Shown: positions 26,877 through 34,739 of the stretch, piece by piece | How positions within the stretch are numbered: the stretch's first letter is position 1 | Layout of the letters: each line of letters starts with the position of its first letter | DNA from: Candidatus Nealsonbacteria bacterium | GTDB lineage: Bacteria; Patescibacteriota; Minisyncoccia; Minisyncoccales; GWA2-38-27 | Direction of reading: 5' to 3' | Assembly: GCA_030617105.1 (NCBI GenBank) | Contig: JAUWWC010000002.1 | Coordinates: 1-58,096 of the forward strand | Length of the DNA stretch: 58,096 nucleotides | The notes under the pieces: generated by a model | Told to the model about the DNA's origin: nothing | What the model saw: the letters and a program-made list of their open reading frames with translations, nothing else | The model's database searches: none | Position numbers and translations under genes: made by a program

Positions 26877-28556
26877 TTACTCTTGTTTATATGAATATTC
26901 AGCTGATATCCATCCTGTTGTCCCATCTTCCAGTTCTATCTTGTACCATGTTTCAGACTCTTCCAATAAAGGGTAACTTTCTTCAGCATAAACAACGCCT
27001 ATTACAGGGTAGCTTGTTCCAGGTCCTTGTCTTACTCTTAATGGGACTTCAAGGAATTCGCCAATAAAGACCAGGGTTATCTCAGCTTCTTCCTCTGGAG
27101 CTTCTTCCTCAGGAGGCGCTTCTTCCTCAGGAGGAATCTCTTCTTCTTGCGTTTCAACTGGTGATGCAGGTGCTTGTTTTCTTATTCTGAAAAACCAATA
27201 CCAAAAAGTACCAACGCCGGCTAAGATAATTAAAATAATGCTTACAATTAAAATTCTGAGCCAAAGTTTTTCCCTAATAGTTGGTTTTTTAGGAACAACC
27301 CTAATAAATTCTGGAGATGGCTTTGCTGCTGGAGCAGATTTTATAGGTTCTTTCTTTACTTTCAAAGGCAAACGCAGCCGTTCTAATAATTCTTTCCTCC
27401 TTTGTTCTTTCACAACCATTTTCTCAGCCTTTCTTTTCTTTTCCTGTTCTTGTTTTATTCTCTCTTCCTGCTCTTTTCTTTCCTGCTCTTTTCTTTCCTG
27501 CTCTTTTCTTTCCTGCTCTTTTCTTTTTGCTGCTTCATCTTCTTCTGTGCCTGTTTCCCTCTTTACTGCTTTCCTCAATGCCTCAATTCTTTTTTTGGCT
27601 TCAGCAACTCTGCTTTCTCTTTCAGTCGAAGCAGAAATAGAAATTGGCTTGTCCTCAACTGGCTTGTCCTCAACTGGCTTGTCCTCAACTGGCTTGTCCT
27701 CAACTGGCTTGTCCTCAACTGGCTTTTCCTCAACTGGCTTTTCCTCAACTGGCTTTTCCTCAACTGGCTTTTCCTCAACTGGCTTTTCCTCAACTTTTTC
27801 TTCGGCCTTCTCTGGCTCTTCAGGCCTCCCTTCTATTTTTCTATCTATGTCTGCTATTTTAGCGGAGATATCGTTTCTTTTCTCTGTTAATGTTTGAAGC
27901 CTATTCTTTAATTTCTTGGTTTGGGATTCTAATTTCTGTTTTGTTTCCTCTATTTCCCATCTCTTTGTCTCAATTTCTCTTCTTCTCTCCTCTATGCCCC
28001 ACCTTTCCTTTTCTAATTCTTTTTTCCCGCCTAAGTCTTCAGTTGTTTTTTCTTCTTGCTCAACCATCCTCTTCTTTTCCTCAATCTTTCCTTCTTCTGC
28101 TAAAACACTTTTTAAGCTTGCCTGAACTTTATTTATCTTCCCAAACAGCTCAGCTTTCTCTGCTTCAAACGACTCTCCTAATGCTTCAAGGTTTTTGAGT
28201 TCTCCTTGCAATGCAGTCTTTTCTGATTCTAACTGAATCTTTCCTTCTCTTTCAGTAATCTCTGCTTGTCTTGCGAATAATTCTTCTTCTTTAAGTTCTA
28301 TTTGCTTGGCCTGAGATTCAATTGTTTGCATTCTGGCATCTAATTTCTTTATCTTTTCATCCCAGGGCCATCTCTTCTTTTCTAATTCTCTACGTTTTTC
28401 TTCTATTACCCACCTTTGTTTTTCTATCCGTCTTTTCTGCCTTGCTGTTTCTGCTGCTCTTTCTTTTTCTTCAATTAATCTCTGGACTTCTTCAATTTTC
28501 TTTTCCTTAGCTGCAATGAACTGAAAACCTTTCTTCACTCTTTCCAACTCTCCCAT
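26877..28556 (-). CDS. Repeat-rich coiled-coil membrane protein with a C-terminal SH3b-like domain
   Basis: Long E/K/R coiled coil, (VEEKP)x5 + (VEDKP)x5, (KEQER)x4, TM helix LWLRILIVSIILIILAGVGTFWYWFF, and C-terminal VRQGPGTSYPVIGVV..WYKIEL.DGTTGWISAEY. Confidence 0.7.
   Translation of the reverse strand: MGELERVKKGFQFIAAKEKKIEEVQRLIEEKERAAETARQKRRIEKQRWVIEEKRRELEKKRWPWDEKIKKLDARMQTIESQAKQIELKEEELFARQAEITEREGKIQLESEKTALQGELKNLEALGESFEAEKAELFGKINKVQASLKSVLAEEGKIEEKKRMVEQEEKTTEDLGGKKELEKERWGIEERRREIETKRWEIEETKQKLESQTKKLKNRLQTLTEKRNDISAKIADIDRKIEGRPEEPEKAEEKVEEKPVEEKPVEEKPVEEKPVEEKPVEDKPVEDKPVEDKPVEDKPVEDKPISISASTERESRVAEAKKRIEALRKAVKRETGTEEDEAAKRKEQERKEQERKEQERKEQEERIKQEQEKKRKAEKMVVKEQRRKELLERLRLPLKVKKEPIKSAPAAKPSPEFIRVVPKKPTIREKLWLRILIVSIILIILAGVGTFWYWFFRIRKQAPASPVETQEEEIPPEEEAPPEEEAPEEEAEITLVFIGEFLEVPLRVRQGPGTSYPVIGVVYAEESYPLLEESETWYKIELEDGTTGWISAEYSYKQE
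27466..27525. repeat. Tandem 15-nt coding repeat, 4 copies (TCCTGCTCTTTTCTT)
   Basis: Perfect head-to-tail copies encoding the KEQER repeats. Confidence 0.9.
27646..27795. repeat. Tandem 15-nt coding repeat, 10 copies in two perfect blocks of five (GGCTTGTCCTCAACT x5, GGCTTTTCCTCAACT x5)
   Basis: Read directly. The two blocks differ by one base per unit (VEDKP versus VEEKP). Confidence 0.95.
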
Positions 28557-28733
28557 TACTACTGTTCTTTGTAACTCTAATGGCTTTTTCTGTTTGGCTA
28601 ACTCTTGAATTCTTTTCTTAAGCTCGGTTTTTTCTTTTCTAAAGCGCTCTTTTTCTTCAAACAGAATATCTCTTCTGCTTTTTGGCTTTTCTTCTTTCTT
28701 TTTTTCTATAACTTCTTCAACTTGTTCAACTTG

Positions 28734-29075
28734 TTAAACTTGTTCAACTTCAGCAATATCTTGTTCTTTTCTCTTTTTTTCCTGCTCTGCTTTTAATCTT
28801 TCTTGTTCAGCAATTCTTCTTTCTTGTTCAGCAATTCTTCTTCCTTGTTCTTCTAAGCCCTTTAATTTCTCAGCTTCTTTTCTTCTCCTCCCTTGTTCTG
28901 CTATTTTTCTTCTCTCTCCCTCTTGTTTTCTCTTTTGTTCTTCTTCTGCTCTTAACCTGATACCTCTCTCTGGAACAGGCATGCCTTTCTTTGCCATTTC
29001 TTGCTGAAGACGGGCAATGTCTTTTTTCATTGTCCTGATAGCGCTTTTTTGAATTGATGATTCCTCTATGGGCAT
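28734..29075 (-). CDS. Arg/Glu-rich coiled-coil protein, in frame with the downstream ORF across a single TAA
   Basis: Contains RRIAEQE repeats. Its stop (28736-28734) is followed by 59 open in-frame codons up to the ATG of 26877-28556. Confidence 0.55.
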   Translation of the reverse strand: MPIEESSIQKSAIRTMKKDIARLQQEMAKKGMPVPERGIRLRAEEEQKRKQEGERRKIAEQGRRRKEAEKLKGLEEQGRRIAEQERRIAEQERLKAEQEKKRKEQDIAEVEQV

Positions 29076-29080
29076 AAATA

Positions 29081-31171
29081 TTACTTGTTTAATAATGACA
29101 GGTTTATCCTGCCTTGTTCATCAATTGAAATTACTTTAACTGAGACCATATCTCCAATCTTTACAACATCCTCCACCTTTCTTACTCTTTTATCAGACAA
29201 TTTAGATATATGAATTAATCCCTCTTGACCAGGTATAATTTCAACAAAAGCCCCAAACTCCAGAATCCTTTTTACTTTTCCCTGAAAAACCTCTCCAACC
29301 TTAACTTCTCTAGTAATGTTTTTTATCAAAGCAACTGCTTTTTTCGCTGCTTCTTCTGTTTCTGAAGTAACAAACACAAGGCCTGAATCTTGTATATCTA
29401 TTTCTGCTCCTGTCTCATCAATAATTTTATTAATAACTTTTCCCCCTGGTCCTATTAGTTCGCCAATCTTACTTGGATTGATTTGAATAGTAAAAATACG
29501 AGGAGCATAAGGAGAAAGCTCGGCTCTGGGCTTTGATATAGTTTTCTCTATTACATCTAAAATCTCAATTCTTGCTTTCTTGGCTCTGTTTAATGCTTCT
29601 TCTATAATCTTTCTATTGATTCCATTAATTTTTACATCCATTTGAATAACAGTAATTCCCTGTCTAGTGCCAGCTACTTTAAAATCCATGTCTCCGTGAT
29701 GATCTTCCGGACCCTGAATATCAGTTAATAATTTATACTCGCCTGTTTCTTCATTTTTAATCAAGCCAATAGCAATCCCGGTAACTAAGTCTTTAATAGG
29801 AACTCCTGCATCCATTAAAGCTAATGAACAGCCAGACACAGAAGCCATTGATGTTGAGCCGTTTGAAGAAACGATTTCAGACACAATCCTTATTGTATAT
29901 GGGAACTCTTCAGAATCAGGAAGCAGCGGCAAGAGGGCTTTTTCAGCCAATATGCCATGACCAATCTCTCTTCTACCAGGCCCTCTTAATGGTTTTACTT
30001 CTCCAGCTGAATAAGGAGGGAAATTATAGTGGTGCATAAATCTCTTATCCCCAACAATCTCCATTCCCTCTATCAGCTGCTGATCGCCCGGGCCGCCTAA
30101 GGTCAAAATAGATAACGACTTTGTCTGCCCTCTGGAAAATAATCCTGATCCGTGGGCTCTGGGAACAAGTCCTACTTCTGAACTAATCTTTCTAATTTCG
30201 TCTAATTTCCTTGCGTCAACCCTCTTATTATATTTTATTACATTTTCATGAACTAATCTATCCGCTTCTCTGTCTAAAAAGCTCAAAGCGTATTTTAATT
30301 TATCAATATCTTCATATTTGTCCTCAATAAATAAGCTAAGCTCTTTTGTTAAATTATCAAGTTGTTCCTCTCTTTTAATCTTATCTTTTTGGAAAAATGC
30401 TTTCTCAAATTTATCCCCTAAAAACCTTTTAATTTCTTTTTCTAAGTCCGGGTCTTTTGCGCCTGGCTGGCAAATAATCTTTTCTTTTCCAAGTTTCTTT
30501 TTAATATCATTTTGAAACTCAATAATCTTTTTAATGTGCTTTTCTGCAAAATCATATGCCTGGCAAACTGCTTTTTCTCCTATCTGCTGGAAGCTTCCTT
30601 CAATCATATTAATTAAGAACTCTTTGTTGTCGCAAAGGCCTACAAAAACAATATTCATATCAGTGTCTTTTCTTTCTTCATAAAAAGGGTTTAAAATAAA
30701 CTTGTCGTTTTTTCGGCAAACTCTCACTGCTCCTAAAGGACCGTCCCATGGAATATCAGAAATAGACAAAGCAATTGAACAAGCTATTAAGCTAAGTAAG
30801 TCTGGATCGTTTTCACCATCCCAGGAAAGAACGGTTGCAATCACCTGAATCTCCTTGGTCAAACCTTTTGGAAACCTTGGCCGAATACACCTATCAATTA
30901 ACCTAGAATTACAAACCGCCTCATCAGATGGCCTGCTCTCCCTTTTAATATACCTGGGACCCTTAATTTTTCCTGCTGCATAATACTTTTCCTGATATTC
31001 AACAAATAAAGGAAAAAAACCGAGGTCTTCCCGGTCTTGCTTGCTCATTACGCAAGTGGCTAAAACTAAAGTATCACCGCAACGAACCAAAGCGCTTCCA
31101 TTTGCCTGCTCAGCCAATCCTCTAATCTCAACCTCAATGTTTTTCCCATCTAATTTTAAACTAAATTTCAT
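29081..31171 (-). CDS. pnp: Polyribonucleotide nucleotidyltransferase (PNPase)
   Basis: Two RNase PH-like domains, KH domain (IGPGGKVINKI), and S1 domain (GEVFQGKVKRILEFGAFVE). Confidence 0.95.
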   Translation of the reverse strand: MKFSLKLDGKNIEVEIRGLAEQANGSALVRCGDTLVLATCVMSKQDREDLGFFPLFVEYQEKYYAAGKIKGPRYIKRESRPSDEAVCNSRLIDRCIRPRFPKGLTKEIQVIATVLSWDGENDPDLLSLIACSIALSISDIPWDGPLGAVRVCRKNDKFILNPFYEERKDTDMNIVFVGLCDNKEFLINMIEGSFQQIGEKAVCQAYDFAEKHIKKIIEFQNDIKKKLGKEKIICQPGAKDPDLEKEIKRFLGDKFEKAFFQKDKIKREEQLDNLTKELSLFIEDKYEDIDKLKYALSFLDREADRLVHENVIKYNKRVDARKLDEIRKISSEVGLVPRAHGSGLFSRGQTKSLSILTLGGPGDQQLIEGMEIVGDKRFMHHYNFPPYSAGEVKPLRGPGRREIGHGILAEKALLPLLPDSEEFPYTIRIVSEIVSSNGSTSMASVSGCSLALMDAGVPIKDLVTGIAIGLIKNEETGEYKLLTDIQGPEDHHGDMDFKVAGTRQGITVIQMDVKINGINRKIIEEALNRAKKARIEILDVIEKTISKPRAELSPYAPRIFTIQINPSKIGELIGPGGKVINKIIDETGAEIDIQDSGLVFVTSETEEAAKKAVALIKNITREVKVGEVFQGKVKRILEFGAFVEIIPGQEGLIHISKLSDKRVRKVEDVVKIGDMVSVKVISIDEQGRINLSLLNK

Positions 31172-31176
31172 AAATA

Positions 31177-31701
31177 TTACTTCTTCAATAAATACTTTTT
31201 GGGCGCCTTTTCTAAATCAATAAACTCATCACATACTTCTCTCAAACGGGAAGAAGAAGATTTGCCAAAAGCAATAATCTCTACTCTTTTCCCCTGGTTT
31301 TTTAGATACTCAACCAAAGAGATAAAGTCGCCGTCTCCTGAAGCAAGAACCAAAACATCAATGCTTGGAGCTATCCTAATAGCATCTATAACTATTCCAA
31401 CATCCCAATCAGCTTTTTTCTGGCCTCCGTAGAATTCCTGGAGCTCCCTTACTCTTGTTTCAATACCAAGTTTGGTTAAGGCCTCAAAAAATGGCTTTTC
31501 TTCTCCTGTTTTTGTGCTGACCACATAAGCAAAAACTCTGATTAAGCTTCTTCCACTTACTGCTAATTTTAAAATCTCCCGAAAATTAACCCGGGCATTA
31601 TATAGATTCTTTGCAGAGTGATACATGTTCTGAACATCAATCAGCACTCCAACTCGTTGTCCGCTATGTTTAAATACCATAAATTTATCGTTTAAGGCCA
31701 A
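31177..31701 (-). CDS. NYN/LabA-like (DUF88) domain protein
   Basis: VGVLIDVQNMY..., DVGIVIDAI, and VLASGDGDFISLVEYL are typical NYN acidic motifs. Confidence 0.75.
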   Translation of the reverse strand: MALNDKFMVFKHSGQRVGVLIDVQNMYHSAKNLYNARVNFREILKLAVSGRSLIRVFAYVVSTKTGEEKPFFEALTKLGIETRVRELQEFYGGQKKADWDVGIVIDAIRIAPSIDVLVLASGDGDFISLVEYLKNQGKRVEIIAFGKSSSSRLREVCDEFIDLEKAPKKYLLKK

Positions 31702-31951
31702 TGGCCTTAATTATCTTATTATACCTCCTTTCGCTTTCTTTTTTAAGGTGTTTCAATAATTTTCTCCGTTTAGAAACCATTTTCAAAAGCCCTCTTTTAG
31801 AATGAAGGTCTTTTGAATGCTTTTTCAAATGAGAAAGCAGTTGTTTAATCTCTTCGGAAAGCAAAGCAATCTGGACCTCGTCAGATCCAGTATCTGCTTT
31901 ATGCAACTTATACTTCTCAATTATTTTTGTTTTTTCTTCTGGAGTTAACAT
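31685..31951 (-). CDS. rpsO: 30S ribosomal protein S15
   Basis: DTGSDEVQIALLSEEI..L..H...H.KD.HS.RGLL.MV..RR.LL.YL. Confidence 0.95.
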   Translation of the reverse strand: MLTPEEKTKIIEKYKLHKADTGSDEVQIALLSEEIKQLLSHLKKHSKDLHSKRGLLKMVSKRRKLLKHLKKESERRYNKIIKAIGLKR

Positions 31952-31958
31952 ATGTATG

Positions 31959-32031
31959 TGGGTCCGGAGCGACTCGAACGCTCAACCTTATCCTTAAGAG
32001 GGATCTGCTCCACCAATTGAGCTACGGACCC
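31959..32031 (-). tRNA. tRNA-Lys (anticodon CTT), no encoded CCA
   Basis: Acceptor GGGTCCG/CGGACCC, anticodon loop CTCTTAA, T-loop TTCGAGT. Confidence 0.85.
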
Positions 32032-32068
32032 TTATTGCTTTTCCAGTTAAGCTATGGGGGCGATTGAT

Positions 32069-32563
32069 TTACGGACAAGGAATTTCAAACAAACCCTGGC
32101 TCCACCAATTTTGATAAATATCAGTTGTCCAATCAGCTAAGCCAATAGCCCAAAGGAGTGTTCCAATAATGAGAAAAGCGCCATAAATTATCAAGAGACC
32201 AATAACAACTGCTGTGAATAATCTCTTTGCCCGAGAAAGCATTTCTGGCTGTCCCTGGCTAATAATATACATACCTCCGCCAATTGCTATCATTAACACT
32301 GCTAAGGGCGGAACAACCATAAACAAAAGACGGTCAATCCATTTATCAAGCATTACAAAAAAATCACAAAGTTGGCAAGGATCTGACTCATCAATCTCAT
32401 CCGTGGTTGGATCATCACAAGACCGGCCACAAGGAACAAGGCCTCCAACTCTCTTTTCAATTGGAATATTTTTACACCAATCTGCATCTTTCGCCTGGAC
32501 TAAATTAATAGTTAAAGAAAAAAACAACAAGCTCAAAAAGATTATTGAAAATATCTTCCTCAT
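32069..32563 (-). CDS. Secreted Cys-containing protein with a TrbC/VirB2-like (T4SS pilin-like) two-helix hairpin
   Basis: Signal peptide, then LAVLMIAIGGGMYIISQGQPEMLSRAKRLFTAVVIGLLIIYGAFLIIG. This is the same hairpin motif as in the ORFs at 43697-47903. Confidence 0.65.
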   Translation of the reverse strand: MRKIFSIIFLSLLFFSLTINLVQAKDADWCKNIPIEKRVGGLVPCGRSCDDPTTDEIDESDPCQLCDFFVMLDKWIDRLLFMVVPPLAVLMIAIGGGMYIISQGQPEMLSRAKRLFTAVVIGLLIIYGAFLIIGTLLWAIGLADWTTDIYQNWWSQGLFEIPCP

Positions 32564-32671
32564 GTTTTTTAATCATAGCAAATTTTTGGGAAAAAGAAAA
32601 CCCCAAACTAAAAATCAATAAACCGAGTCTATAGAATTCTATAAACTCGGTTTATTGATTTAGGCTAGTTT

Positions 32672-33610
32672 TTAACGGGCGAAGGGGTTGCGGCTGCCGC
32701 GCACGCCGAAATGCACGTGACACCCAGTTGACCTGCCAGCTCCTGAAGTTCCTGGCTTACCTCCCATTAAAGCAATCATCTGACCTTGAGAAACTGCTTG
32801 GCCTGGAGCAACCAAGCTCTTTTGAATATGACCATACATTGTTACTACTCCATTAGGATGTAAAATTGTTAAATAATTTCCAGCTCCTCCATTCCAACCA
32901 TATTTTACCCTTTGCACTATGCCTGCTGCTGCAGCATATATTGGGTCTCCACATTTACCTCCAAAGTCAATAGCATTATACCAATGAAGCCCTTGAGTAA
33001 TTCTACAAACAGCATGAGGACAGATAAAATAACTTGAACCAATAGGAACCTGGGAAGCGGCATAATAGGTCTTTGGAGCAGGCATCTTGCCATTAGGAAT
33101 AATCAAAATATCACCTATGAAAATATCTCCTTCGCTTGAAAGTCCGTTAAAAGTAATGATTTCAGGACTTTTACCTTTATATGTCTCTGCAATCTCACTT
33201 AATGTATCTCCTTTTTTAATATGGTAAACAACTCCTGAAACTGGCAGAATAACAAGTTTCTGGCCAGGCCTAATTATTGATTTTGAGCTTAAGTCATTGG
33301 CCCATAAAATTGTTTCAAGAGAAACATCATATTTAGCTGTAATAGAAGAAAAGGTATCTCCTGATTCTACAATATATTCAATAATTCCATTTCTTGCTTC
33401 TGCCTCATCTTCAATGGTTCCCAACATGCTCCCTAAAACCTGTGGAGTAATTGTTACTGGCGGAGAAAGCCCAACCATACTGTTCTTTTGGATAAAAGTC
33501 ATTTCAGGAGATTCTCTAAGAAAGTTTTTACTTGGGTTAGCAAATAAATCTTGAGAAATTAAACTAGCTGATATCTGACTGGGTAGTTTTAAACTTGAGA
33601 ATAAGCCCAA
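32672..33610 (-). CDS. LysM (x2) + M23 peptidoglycan DD-metalloendopeptidase (start codon uncertain)
   Basis: LysM repeats YIVESGDTFSSIT..W.N and YHIKKGDTLSEIA, and M23 motifs H.YNAIDF and GCHVHFGV. The frame stays open upstream to 33760 and encodes a TM helix, but it has no ATG/GTG/TTG there. Confidence 0.8.
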   Translation of the reverse strand: MGLFSSLKLPSQISASLISQDLFANPSKNFLRESPEMTFIQKNSMVGLSPPVTITPQVLGSMLGTIEDEAEARNGIIEYIVESGDTFSSITAKYDVSLETILWANDLSSKSIIRPGQKLVILPVSGVVYHIKKGDTLSEIAETYKGKSPEIITFNGLSSEGDIFIGDILIIPNGKMPAPKTYYAASQVPIGSSYFICPHAVCRITQGLHWYNAIDFGGKCGDPIYAAAAGIVQRVKYGWNGGAGNYLTILHPNGVVTMYGHIQKSLVAPGQAVSQGQMIALMGGKPGTSGAGRSTGCHVHFGVRGSRNPFAR

Positions 33611-33928
33611 AAGCGAACCTGCAAATAAAAAAGCAGCTAAGACTGCTGTTAAGGCAAAGAAAACCTCTTGCTGAAAAGATTTTCTGATATAATCTCTTAT
33701 CTTGTTTTTAATAAAAGGTAAAATCGCTAAAAGCGATTGAACAAATTGAAACTTATGAATAATAAGATCTCCTTTAATTGGATAAAATAAATTAACCTTA
33801 TTCTACTATTTTACATTATTGAAAACACAGGTCAAGTGCTTTTTCCACACCCCCAATTTAAGGAGGTTCGACCTCAATAATTAAAAATTATGGAGGTCGA
33901 ACCTCAATATTTGTGCTATTATTTAATA

Positions 33929-34732
33929 ATGAGATACAAAATCAAACCTATAAAACGACTTGGTCAGAATTTTCTAATTGACAAGAGCATTATTAGCAAG
34001 GTTATTAAAGCAGCTGAACTTAAACCAGCAAACATTGTTTTAGAAATTGGACCCGGGATTGGCGCCTTAACACAAAAAATAGCTAAAAGGGCAGGGAAAG
34101 TAATTGCAGTGGAAAAAGACAAAAAGATGTGTCAGATTCTTAAACAAGTTCTAAGAGATTTCAAAAATGTTGAAATCATCAACCAAGATATTTTAAAATT
34201 TAAAATTCAAAATTCAAAATTGATTCAAAATTCAAAATTCAAAATTCAAAATTACAAATTAGTAGCCAACTTACCGTTTTACATTACTGCACCAGTAATT
34301 AGGAAGTTCTTAGAATCAGAAAATCCGCCAAAGGAAATGATTCTGATAATACAAAAAGAAGTAGCTCAAAGAATATGCGCCCGCCCGCCTAAGATGAGCA
34401 TCCTGGCAGTGTCTGTTCAGTTTTACTCTAAAGCAAAAATCATATCATATATCTCAAACAAGTCATTCTGGCCAAAACCAAAAGTAGATTCAGCAATTAT
34501 AAAAATAGTTCCTAAGAGAAAATATAAAGATGTTGACGTTGACCTGTTTTTCAAAATCGTCAAAGCTGGTTTTGCTCATCCCAGAAAGCAACTTGCCAAT
34601 AACCTAGCAAATGGGTTAAAATTAAATAAACAAGAAATTAATGATTTGCTTTTGAAAAACAATATCAAACCCTCCCAACGAGCTGAAACTTTATCTATTA
34701 AAGATTGGATTAAATTATCTAAAATGTTATAA
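33929..34732 (+). CDS. rsmA: 16S rRNA (adenine1518/1519-N6)-dimethyltransferase
   Basis: LGQNFL, EIGPGIGALT, VANLPFYITAPV. I start at the internal ATG (MRYKIKPIKRLGQNFL) rather than the track start at 33890. Confidence 0.9.
   Translation: MRYKIKPIKRLGQNFLIDKSIISKVIKAAELKPANIVLEIGPGIGALTQKIAKRAGKVIAVEKDKKMCQILKQVLRDFKNVEIINQDILKFKIQNSKLIQNSKFKIQNYKLVANLPFYITAPVIRKFLESENPPKEMILIIQKEVAQRICARPPKMSILAVSVQFYSKAKIISYISNKSFWPKPKVDSAIIKIVPKRKYKDVDVDLFFKIVKAGFAHPRKQLANNLANGLKLNKQEINDLLLKNNIKPSQRAETLSIKDWIKLSKML
34195..34260. repeat. Imperfect 7-nt tandem repeat (TTCAAAA)n inside ksgA
   Basis: aaaattcaaaattcaaaattgattcaaaattcaaaattcaaaattcaaaattacaaatt, encoding KFKIQNSKLIQNSKFKIQNYK. Confidence 0.8.
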
Positions 34733-34739
34733 TATTTTA

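Noticed and set aside
27646-27795. A regular array of 15-nt direct repeats that could be mistaken for a CRISPR-like array.
   Set aside because: The repeats are head-to-tail with no spacers, lie inside a long ORF, and translate to VEEKP/VEDKP. No cas genes are in the window.
32036-32061. The minus strand reads GCCCCCATAGCTTAACTGGAAAAGC, a perfect tRNA acceptor 5' strand plus D-arm immediately upstream of tRNA-Lys.
   Set aside because: No anticodon arm, T-arm or 3' acceptor strand follows, because it runs straight into the 5' end of tRNA-Lys. I treat it as a tRNA gene remnant or chance similarity, not a gene. It might still mark an old rearrangement at a tRNA locus.
33611-33760. Upstream in-frame extension of the LysM-M23 gene that encodes a TM helix (..VFFALTAVLAAFLFAGSLLG).
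   Set aside because: The frame is open, but it contains no ATG, GTG or TTG before the TTG at 33610. I kept the track coordinates and flagged the start as uncertain. A rare ATT/ATA start or a sequence error is possible.
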